31,138 nt of DNA, taken from the UHGV virus genome UHGV-0171672; one strand, given 5' to 3'. Under the pieces are notes generated by a model. It saw only the letters and a list, made by a program, of their open reading frames with translations. It was not told where the DNA came from and did not search any database. The translations under genes and the position numbers were made by a program. This stretch comes from a virus. Positions 23,714 to 31,138 of this stretch are shown piece after piece; positions within the stretch are counted from its first letter, which is position 1; each line of letters begins with the position of its first letter.

Positions 23714-25684
23714 ATGAGCAAAAAACACTTTGAACTGATTACTGCCACCAACCGCGCAGAATTCGCTGAAAAAGTTAACAAGCGGTTACAGGAGGGCTGG
23801 GAACTTCTCGGTAATGCCGGTATTGCATCAGAGCCGGGAGTCCCCTGGTATCTCATGCAGGCTATGGTTTCAGGCAGTGATGACCAGGGAGGCACCATTA
23901 TCACCCCGACATCCGACAGCGAACCGGAGTGGTATTACGTTGTGGTGAGCGCTGGCCAGTCCAACTCTATGGCATACGGTGAGGGGTTACCTCTCCCGGA
24001 AAGTTACGATAAACCCGATTCGCGCATTCGCCAGCTGGCACGCCGCAGCACCGTAACCCCGAGCGGAAAAGCTTGTGCCTATAACGACATCATTCTGGCG
24101 GATCACTGCCTGCATGACGTGCAGGATATGAGCCAGTACAACCACCCGAAAGCCGACCTGAACAAAGGTCAGTATGGCTGTGTGAGTCAGGGATTGCACA
24201 TTGCGAAGCGCCTGCTGCCATTTATCCCGGCAAATGCGGGGATCCTTCTGGTCCCATGCAGCCGTGGCGGTTCCGGCTTTACAACCGGTGATGCGGGGCA
24301 ATTCAGCGAGATCGGCGGCGCAACTGAAAAATCCTGCCGCTGGGGAACGAACACGCCGCTGTACAAGGATTTAATCAGCCGCACAAAAGCAGCGCTGGCG
24401 AAAAATCCGAAAAACGTCCTGCTGGCCGTCTGCTGGACACAGGGCGAGGCAGATCTTGAGAAAGAACAAAACGCCGCACAGCATAAAGATCTTTTCACAG
24501 CCATGGTGAAGCAGTTCCGGGCTGACCTGGCCGATGTTGCGAAGCAGTGCAACCAGGGCAACCCTGAAAGCGTGCCGTGGATTTGTGGAGATACCACCTA
24601 CCACTGGAAAAAAACCTACGAAGCACAGTACGCAACCGTGTATGGCGGATACAAAAACAGCACTGAGAAGAATATTGTTTTTGTGCCTTTTGTTACGGAT
24701 GAGTACGGGAAAAACACCCCAACAAACGAGCCGACAGAAGATCCGGATATTGCGGAAGCGGGTTATTACGGTGCCGCATCCCGCAGTAGCGGAAACTGGG
24801 TAAGCCATCTGCGTGGAACGCACTTCAGCTCATGGGCCCGCCGGGGCATTATTGCCGATCGCATGGCGTCAGCAATCCTGCTTAACGTCGGCCGCACGCT
24901 GCCATTTATTGCGGGTACAGAGCCGGAACGCGTGGCAAAACCATCACAGGATGCACCGGGCGGCATCAGTAAGCCATCTTCACCGGAAGCAGAACAACCG
25001 GCAGTCAGACCGGGGCCGGTCACGCTCATGAGTCTGCTGGCATCATCTCCTGAACTGGAAAGCCAGGGCTGGACGCTGAGCGAAGGCAAAAACGGGGCCA
25101 ACACACCAAAACAACTGAAAGACATGCTGATCGGTGATGAGGAAGCAACAGGGAAAAAAGCCCTGAAACTGACCAAACAGGAAGGCAATACCTGGTATCT
25201 GGAGCATAAGGCCGGTAATGGTGCTGACCTTCTGAAAAATGGCGGGACTGTAAGTTGCCGATTCAAAATCGAGGGTGAGCTGAAAAAAGACCAGTACGCA
25301 ATGGCGATGTACTGGAAAACATCAGCATTACCGCAGGATGTGAAATTACTGGGGGCAGATCCAAATAATTTATTGCTCTCATTCTTTCTTCAGACAGACA
25401 GCGCAAACCTGAATCTGATGTATCACAAAACGCCAAACGAACAACTGGGAACCTTTGGTCAGTTCAATAACAACTGGCACACCATAGCGTTTCGTTTTGC
25501 GGGAAACAACAGCACCCAGGTAACACCGGTTCTGGATGGCGTGGACGGAAAACCGTTCATGCTTTCCACATCAAAAGCCGATGTTACCAACGACACGTTA
25601 CGCGTGACCGATATCACGTATCGGCCGACCTATACCGTACTGATTGACAGCCTGAGCGTTGTCGTAAATCAGCCACCGGCATAA
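23714..25684 (+). CDS. SGNH/sialate-O-acetylesterase-like cargo protein (NanS-p-like, DUF1737-type N-terminus)
   Basis: N-terminus MSKKHFELITATNRAEFAEKVNKRLQEGWELLG; GQSN nucleophile motif in VVSAGQSNSMAYGEG; 656 aa inserted between lysis and tail genes. Confidence 0.7.
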   Translation: MSKKHFELITATNRAEFAEKVNKRLQEGWELLGNAGIASEPGVPWYLMQAMVSGSDDQGGTIITPTSDSEPEWYYVVVSAGQSNSMAYGEGLPLPESYDKPDSRIRQLARRSTVTPSGKACAYNDIILADHCLHDVQDMSQYNHPKADLNKGQYGCVSQGLHIAKRLLPFIPANAGILLVPCSRGGSGFTTGDAGQFSEIGGATEKSCRWGTNTPLYKDLISRTKAALAKNPKNVLLAVCWTQGEADLEKEQNAAQHKDLFTAMVKQFRADLADVAKQCNQGNPESVPWICGDTTYHWKKTYEAQYATVYGGYKNSTEKNIVFVPFVTDEYGKNTPTNEPTEDPDIAEAGYYGAASRSSGNWVSHLRGTHFSSWARRGIIADRMASAILLNVGRTLPFIAGTEPERVAKPSQDAPGGISKPSSPEAEQPAVRPGPVTLMSLLASSPELESQGWTLSEGKNGANTPKQLKDMLIGDEEATGKKALKLTKQEGNTWYLEHKAGNGADLLKNGGTVSCRFKIEGELKKDQYAMAMYWKTSALPQDVKLLGADPNNLLLSFFLQTDSANLNLMYHKTPNEQLGTFGQFNNNWHTIAFRFAGNNSTQVTPVLDGVDGKPFMLSTSKADVTNDTLRVTDITYRPTYTVLIDSLSVVVNQPPA

Positions 25685-25748
25685 CAATGCTTCCCAGCCA
25701 TCCGGCGGGGAAGCTCGCTGACAACCGGGAAAATAAAAGGAGCAAGCC

Positions 25749-25913
25749 ATGGGATTTATTCATCAGATAATGTTGTATTTCAGTACCGCCGTATCCCTTC
25801 TGTATCTGATCTCAGGGGGATATAAAGCCGTCCGCAATTTCTGGAACAAAAAGATAGATGAAGCAGCCGCCAGGAAATCAGCTGGCGGAGCGGTCAACGG
25901 GGTATTGCCATAA
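25749..25913 (+). CDS. Small membrane peptide (54 aa) downstream of the esterase
   Basis: MGFIHQIMLYFSTAVSLLYLISGGYKAVRNFWNKK...; SD AAAGGAG; below the ORF-track cutoff. Confidence 0.3.
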   Translation: MGFIHQIMLYFSTAVSLLYLISGGYKAVRNFWNKKIDEAAARKSAGGAVNGVLP

Positions 25914-25969
25914 CAACAGGCACAGCGCATCAGAACGGCACCACTGTCCACAGCAAAAGAAACAAAAAA

Positions 25970-25988
25970 CCCTCCGGTATACGGAGGG
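25970..25988 (-). terminator. Hairpin with flanking A-run (terminator-like on the minus strand)
   Basis: aacaaaaaa-CCCTCCG-GTATA-CGGAGGG; the U-tract would be on the minus strand. Confidence 0.3.
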
Positions 25989-26085
25989 TGCAAGAGGGGA
26001 AAGGTGAGCAAGAAAGAACCCGAATTAAAAGCCATTTAATTTTGAGATTTTTAATTGCCACACGCAACACGTTCTACGGTGTTTT

Positions 26086-26556
26086 ATGCTGAAACTGAAT
26101 TCATTACGCGAAGCTCTGACCAGCAACTGCCGGTGGTGTAAGGCCAGCCCGGAAAAATTCACGGTATTCATTGAATCGGGTGGCATTGAAACCACCGGTG
26201 AATCCCCCTCATTCCTGTACCGCTACAACCTGGTGTTGTTCGTCATGGACTTCACAGAAAGTATCGACAACATCATGCTGCCGGTCATGGCGTGGCTGTA
26301 CAGGAATCAGCCGGATCTTCTTCTCAATCCGGAGAAGAACAAAAGCATCAAATTTTCGACGGCCATCAACGATGACGACAGTGCCGATATCCTGCTGGAA
26401 ATCCCGGTATGGGAGCGCGTGATTGTGCGCCGTAATGACGACGGCACGGTGACGGCAGAGCACATCGGTGAGCCCCCGATAAGCCGGGCACTGGAAGCAT
26501 GGCGCGTAGTGTTTGAAGACATGACGTGGCGAACCGGAACGGAGACCAGCACATGA
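26086..26556 (+). CDS. R: Tail completion protein (P2 gpR-like)
   Basis: 156 aa directly upstream of and ATGA-coupled to S; assigned by position and size. Confidence 0.65.
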   Translation: MLKLNSLREALTSNCRWCKASPEKFTVFIESGGIETTGESPSFLYRYNLVLFVMDFTESIDNIMLPVMAWLYRNQPDLLLNPEKNKSIKFSTAINDDDSADILLEIPVWERVIVRRNDDGTVTAEHIGEPPISRALEAWRVVFEDMTWRTGTETST

Positions 26557-27188
26557 GAGCGGACCGCGAACTGGATGTCATCTTTCAGGATATTCTTTCC
26601 GGCCTGTCGGCAGCCGGAATTCAGCGCACGGCAATGAGCGTGGGTAAGGTCGTCCGACAGCTACAGACAAAACGCATCAGAAGCCAGGTATCCCCGGAAG
26701 GCCAGCCATGGGAGAAACGAAAACGCCGCATCATGCGCATACAAAAAGGCGTGAAGTTTATCTGGAAGGACGGCCAGGTAAGAAACCTGAAAAACTGGAG
26801 CACGTCACAGGGATGTTTCGGGCAGAAAATCACCGGCTACGATACAGACGCCGGGGGGATCAGGACGTTTTACAAGGCAGACATCGGGGACTACCTGGAA
26901 ATTAACACACAGCGCGTCGCAGCAAGAGCATCACGTCGCTCACCTATGTTCGAAAAGCTGAGAACAGCACGCTTTCTGAGAATCATCCCCGACACAAACG
27001 GCGTAAGTGTCGGCTTTCAGGGCCGGGCCGCGCGTATTGCCAGAGTGCACCAGTTCGGTGAGGTGGGCCTGGTATCACCCGGGAACGCCACGAAATACCC
27101 CGTGCGCGAGCTGCTGGGCCTGAACGAAAAAGACAAACAGCAAATCACAGAAACCGTGATTGCCGGACTGGGGAAAGCAGCGAAATGA
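26553..27188 (+). CDS. S: Tail completion / virion morphogenesis protein (P2 gpS-like)
   Basis: ATG at 26553 overlapping the R stop, SD GGAG; position before V. Confidence 0.7.
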   Translation: MRADRELDVIFQDILSGLSAAGIQRTAMSVGKVVRQLQTKRIRSQVSPEGQPWEKRKRRIMRIQKGVKFIWKDGQVRNLKNWSTSQGCFGQKITGYDTDAGGIRTFYKADIGDYLEINTQRVAARASRRSPMFEKLRTARFLRIIPDTNGVSVGFQGRAARIARVHQFGEVGLVSPGNATKYPVRELLGLNEKDKQQITETVIAGLGKAAK

Positions 27189-27766
27189 ACATCGAGCTTA
27201 TGCGTCTGCTGGAAAACATTGTGCGGATTGGTGTGGTTACGGAAATCAACACCGACACCTGGGAGGTGCGTGTGCAGACCGGCGGCCTGACCACAAACTG
27301 GATCCGATGGAACAGCGGGCGGGCCGGAAAATTTAAAATCTGGATCCCCCCATCACCGGACGAACAGGTGTTTCTCCTATGCCCGGGCGGCAATCCGGAA
27401 ACCGCAGTCAGCGCAGGAAGTCTGTACAGCAACGACAACCCGCCACCGGGATCGCTGGAAAACGAAATGGTCATTACCGCGCCGGACGGTGCGGAATTTC
27501 GCTATAACGCACAGGAAAGCAGCCTGACGGCCAGAGGTATAAAAACCGCAACCATTACGGCTGAAACCAGTATCACGCTGGACGCGCCAAAGGTGGAATG
27601 TACGCAGTTGCTGAAGACAAAGACATTCGAGCTGACCAGCGGCGGAACAATGAAAGGCAACGTGAAACACAGTGGCGGCAGCCTCGAATCAAACGGCATC
27701 ACCGTACACACCCACGTACACAGCGGAGTGAAGAGCGGTAGCGATACGAGCGGAGGCCCACAATGA
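27185..27766 (+). CDS. V: Baseplate spike protein (P2 gpV-like)
   Basis: 193 aa, ATGA-coupled to S; position and size match P2 V. Confidence 0.85.
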   Translation: MNIELMRLLENIVRIGVVTEINTDTWEVRVQTGGLTTNWIRWNSGRAGKFKIWIPPSPDEQVFLLCPGGNPETAVSAGSLYSNDNPPPGSLENEMVITAPDGAEFRYNAQESSLTARGIKTATITAETSITLDAPKVECTQLLKTKTFELTSGGTMKGNVKHSGGSLESNGITVHTHVHSGVKSGSDTSGGPQ

Positions 27767-28131
27767 GTACCGGCTACACAGGCATGAATCACGCAGGCTA
27801 CGGAACGCTGACAGACATCGACCATCTGAACCAGTCAATCACGGATATTATCCTGACACCGGAAGGTTCGCGTGTTATGCGGCGCGAGTATGGCAGCAAC
27901 CTGCCCGCTCTTCTTGACAGTCCGGCAAATGAAATAACCAGACTGCGCTGTATGAGTGCCGCCGTGATCGCCATTACACGATGGGAGCCACGCGTTGCCA
28001 TAAACAGCGTGGACCTGACGTGGAGAAACAATGGCAGCGCAGTGTTATCCATGAGCTATCTGATTGTAAGCACCATGCAGAGCGCCAGTATTTCCGTTGA
28101 TATACAGGGAGGGAAGGATGCCGACAATTGA
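27763..28131 (+). CDS. W: Baseplate wedge protein (P2 gpW / gp25-like)
   Basis: 122 aa, overlap with V; DIILTPEGSRVMRREYGSNL-type GPW/gp25 motif. Confidence 0.85.
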   Translation: MSTGYTGMNHAGYGTLTDIDHLNQSITDIILTPEGSRVMRREYGSNLPALLDSPANEITRLRCMSAAVIAITRWEPRVAINSVDLTWRNNGSAVLSMSYLIVSTMQSASISVDIQGGKDADN

Positions 28132-29014
28132 TTTATCCCAGCTGCCGCAACCGGCGATCATTGAATCGCTGGATTATGAAGTGATTCTGGCACAGACAAA
28201 GACATTCATGATTAGCGTCTTTCCGGAAGCCATGCGCGATGAAGTGGCGGCAGCCCTTGAACTGGAGTCCGAACCACTGAACATCATCGCTCAGGCTATG
28301 GCATGGCGGGAGCTGTTACTGCGGCAGCGTATCAATGATGGCGCAGCGGCCTGTATGCTGAGTCATTCATCAGGAAGCGATCTTGACAATCTGGGTGTAA
28401 ACATGAATGTGCAGCGCCTGGTTATCACCGAAGCAACGGAGACCACACCGGCGGTAATGGAAAGTGACGCCGCGTTCCGGATGCGCATACAGAGCGCCTT
28501 TGAAGGGATGAGTGTTGCCGGACCTTCCGGCTCATATGAGTATTTTGCACGCAGCGCAAGCGGAAAAGTGGCAGATGCCAGAGCAACCAGCCCGGCACCG
28601 GCGGAAGTTGTGGTTGCGCTCCTTTCAGCCGACGGAGACGGAACGGCGAACGAAGCACTGATTAACGAAGTGAAAGCCGTACTGAACGACGAAACAGTTC
28701 GCCCCGTGGCGGACAGACTGACGGTGAAAAGCGCGGAAATCATCAGCTACAAGATTGATGCGACACTCTATTTTTACCCGGGGCCGGAATCAGAACCCAT
28801 ACTTCAGGCCGCACGGGCACAACTGGAGGCGTGGCTGGCAGAGCAGCGAAGAATTGGTCGTGACGTTGCCCGTTCAGCCATCATGGCGGCCCTGCATGTG
28901 CCCGGAGTTCAGCGGGTGGAGTTAACACAACCAGCGAAGGATCTGGTGATCAGCGAAACACAGGCGGCGCGATGCTCCGCCACAGAGATTCGCGCCGGGG
29001 GGACCGATGAGTAA
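28118..29014 (+). CDS. J: Baseplate assembly protein (P2 gpJ-like)
   Basis: ATG at 28118 after GGGAGGGAAGG; 298 aa. Confidence 0.85.
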   Translation: MPTIDLSQLPQPAIIESLDYEVILAQTKTFMISVFPEAMRDEVAAALELESEPLNIIAQAMAWRELLLRQRINDGAAACMLSHSSGSDLDNLGVNMNVQRLVITEATETTPAVMESDAAFRMRIQSAFEGMSVAGPSGSYEYFARSASGKVADARATSPAPAEVVVALLSADGDGTANEALINEVKAVLNDETVRPVADRLTVKSAEIISYKIDATLYFYPGPESEPILQAARAQLEAWLAEQRRIGRDVARSAIMAALHVPGVQRVELTQPAKDLVISETQAARCSATEIRAGGTDE

Positions 29015-29726
29015 AACGGTGCTTCCGCCGTCTGCCAGTGTTTTTCTGAAAACCGTTGATCGCTCCGGGGAAAAAATCAGCCAGCTGCCGGTGAAACTTA
29101 ACACCCTGTGGAATGCGGACGAATGCCCTGAAGTACTGCTGCCATGGCTCGCATGGACGCTTTCAGTGGACAGATGGGATAAGGCATGGACGGAAGAGAC
29201 TCGCCGGGACGTTATACGCGAGTCGTGGATGGTTCACCGTCATAAGGGGACCATCAGCGCCATGAGAAGAGCTATTGCCCCGTTCGGCGCGCTGCTGAGC
29301 ATTACAGAGTGGTGGGAAAACGGCGACCCTCCAGGCAGTTTTCGTCTCAACATCGATGTTACACATGCAGCCCTGACAGAGGCGACCTATCAGGAAATGG
29401 AGCGCATGATTGCGCTGGCGAAGCCGGTAAGCCGTCACCTGAAAGCACTGAGGCTGACATACATTGCAAAAGGGGAAGTCTTTACCGGGGCAGTGAGTCA
29501 TAGCGGAGACATCATACAGGTATATCCGGACGCAACACTGCCGAACCCCTGCATTACCGGAGGAGAAATTTATTGTGCTGGCGCGATTTACGACAGTGAC
29601 ATAACCCGGGTTAAACCGGATACGGAGATACCGTCACCGTGCGCCGCACAAGCCGCTATCTGTATAGCCGGAACAACATACGACGGCACAACGACCATCG
29701 TAAAACCGGCACCGGAGGAACCATGA
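29007..29726 (+). CDS. I: Baseplate/tail protein (P2 gpI-like) with Cys-containing C-terminal repeats
   Basis: Position between J and H; longer than P2 I, with repeated ...CxxGxxYD... segments in the C-terminus. Confidence 0.7.
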   Translation: MSKTVLPPSASVFLKTVDRSGEKISQLPVKLNTLWNADECPEVLLPWLAWTLSVDRWDKAWTEETRRDVIRESWMVHRHKGTISAMRRAIAPFGALLSITEWWENGDPPGSFRLNIDVTHAALTEATYQEMERMIALAKPVSRHLKALRLTYIAKGEVFTGAVSHSGDIIQVYPDATLPNPCITGGEIYCAGAIYDSDITRVKPDTEIPSPCAAQAAICIAGTTYDGTTTIVKPAPEEP

Positions 29727-31138
29727 CACAGAAATACAAAACCATTATCACCACTGAGGGCCGCCGGAAGCTGGCCGAAGCCCTGAAGCCCGGTGGAAAA
29801 AAAGTCACCCTGGCAAAGATGCAGGTGGGCGACGGCAACGGCCAGGAAGTGGAGCCATCAGAAGGGCAAAAACAACTGGTGAAAAAAGTCTGGGAAGGGA
29901 ATATCTCCAGCATCACACAGGATGCGGAGAATGAAAGCTTTGTCACCGCAGAGCTGGTTATTCCTGCTGACCAGGGCGGCTTCTGGGTGAGGGAGATTGG
30001 GTTATTCGATGATGAAGGTGCCCTGATTGCTGTTGGCAACGTAGCAGAAGGTTACAAACCGAAGCTGGAGGAAGGTTCAGGTCGGGAGCAGGTATTCAGG
30101 ATGGTTATTCTCCTGAGTAATATTTCTGCGCTGAATATTAAACTGGATCAGTCAGTTGTCATGGTCACAAAAGCCGCTCTGGATCAGGCCATCAAAGAAC
30201 ATGAAAAAAGCGGCACCCACCAGTCTGCATCCACAAGCACAAAGGGATTTGTGCAACTGAGCAGTGCCACCGACAGTGACAGCGAAGAAACAGCCGCAAC
30301 CTCTAAGGCCATCAAAACGCTGAAAGGAATGATTAATGAAAAATCTTCAGTCACTGACGCCACGACCAGCCAGAAAGGCATCGTCCGGCTGAGCAGCGAA
30401 ACGGGCAGCGCCGCCGAAAACGCCGCTGCAACACCAAAGGCAGTCCAGCTCACCATGCAGAAAGCCACTGAAGCCGAAAAACTGGCTGAACAGGCTAAAC
30501 AGAGTGCACAGGCAGCAAGTGAGAAAGCCTCAACACTGGAGCAACAAATCAATGCCACAAACCAGACCGTACAACAACTTCAACAGTCAACACAAAGCGG
30601 AGCACAGAAGGCGAAATATACCGCGCTGACCGTTGATCTCAATACACTGGGAAAACCAGAACACCACGGGGATTACTATCAGTCGGCCAATAAAGATGCA
30701 ACCACCGCCATGCACTACCCCGTTGAACAGGCGGGATACCTGTCCGTGAAAATGGGAGCCTGGGGTTTCTGTCAACAGGAATACACTACATGGAACCCCA
30801 TCAGGAAGTTTGTCAGGGCTGTCAACGGTAATTTCACCGGAAATGGTCCATGGACGGACTGGAAGGAACTGGGGGCCGAGGGGCCAGCGGGTCGACAAGG
30901 ACCTGCCGGGCCGACGGGGCCGACGGGACCGACGGGGCCGCAGGGGAACACCGGACCACGAGGTTTGCAGGGAGAAACAGGAAGACAGGGCCCGACAGGT
31001 GAAACCGGACCACAAGGGCCAACCGGAAGGCTGGTACCCGGGGAAATTTACAGCATTGGAACATACATTATTGCCGTACTAGGCCCGTATATAACCGACA
31101 TCGGCAGAACCTATCAGCCAGGAGAAACTGTATCGGGT
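29723..31138 (+). CDS. H: Tail fibre protein (P2 gpH-like), 5' partial; contains a collagen-like Gly-X-Y run
   Basis: N-terminal region [61 protein letters not shown] parallels P2 H; frame open to the last base of the window. Confidence 0.85.
   Translation, partial: MTQKYKTIITTEGRRKLAEALKPGGKKVTLAKMQVGDGNGQEVEPSEGQKQLVKKVWEGNISSITQDAENESFVTAELVIPADQGGFWVREIGLFDDEGALIAVGNVAEGYKPKLEEGSGREQVFRMVILLSNISALNIKLDQSVVMVTKAALDQAIKEHEKSGTHQSASTSTKGFVQLSSATDSDSEETAATSKAIKTLKGMINEKSSVTDATTSQKGIVRLSSETGSAAENAAATPKAVQLTMQKATEAEKLAEQAKQSAQAASEKASTLEQQINATNQTVQQLQQSTQSGAQKAKYTALTVDLNTLGKPEHHGDYYQSANKDATTAMHYPVEQAGYLSVKMGAWGFCQQEYTTWNPIRKFVRAVNGNFTGNGPWTDWKELGAEGPAGRQGPAGPTGPTGPTGPQGNTGPRGLQGETGRQGPTGETGPQGPTGRLVPGEIYSIGTYIIAVLGPYITDIGRTYQPGETVSG
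30911..30946 (+). repeat. Four tandem 9-bp units (CCGACGGGR x3 + CCGCAGGGG) inside the collagen-like segment of H
   Basis: ccgacgggg ccgacggga ccgacgggg ccgcagggg encoding [12 protein letters not shown]. Confidence 0.6.

Larger units (their letters stand above)
1..31138. mobile_element. P2-like prophage, left arm through partial tail fibre gene (continues beyond the window)
   Basis: Gene order int-C-cox-early operon-A-cargo-cos-Q/P(-)-O-N-M-L-X-lysis-R-S-V-W-J-I-H matches the P2 family prophage map; recognisable A (HUH), Q, P, N, M, H protein sequences. Confidence 0.85.

Noticed and set aside
30184-31015. Minus-strand ORFs of 124 and 142 aa at the window end
   Set aside because: Antisense to the tail fibre gene; the 142-aa frame is the reverse reading of the collagen-like Gly-X-Y repeat.
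1-31138. Search for CRISPR arrays, tRNA/rRNA genes and IS elements
   Set aside because: No regularly spaced direct repeats, no cloverleaf-compatible tRNA-like segments near the int end, and no transposase-like ORF or terminal inverted repeats were seen.

Overview
This window reads as the left ~31 kb of an integrated P2-like (Peduovirus-type) prophage from an enterobacterial host, in the canonical prophage order. Everything here is from reading the sequence and the supplied ORF translations; no database search or computation was run, and family assignments rest on motifs I recognise. Layout: possible attL remnant (~86-112); tyrosine integrase (-); C-type repressor (-); a 26-bp perfect palindrome in the C/cox switch region; a Cox-like gene and a rightward early operon (DEDDh exonuclease, Dam methyltransferase, DUF4406-like protein, rolling-circle initiator A, a truncated SSB-like protein); an AT-rich cargo island on the minus strand at the position where P2 carries tin/old (11.9-15.5 kb); a cos-like region; portal Q and large terminase P (-); then O, N, M, L, X, a lysis cassette (holin, SAR endolysin, overlapped spanins), a large SGNH/sialate-O-acetylesterase-like cargo gene, and tail/baseplate genes R, S, V, W, J, I and a partial tail fibre H running off the window end. 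The most interesting locus is the cargo island: a GHKL-type ATPase, a small STAS-like protein, a lipoprotein-like membrane protein and a separate multi-TM protein, each transcription unit preceded by a copy of a ~65-bp promoter-like repeat. I consider it a candidate, possibly undescribed, anti-phage system. No tRNA, rRNA or CRISPR array was seen.
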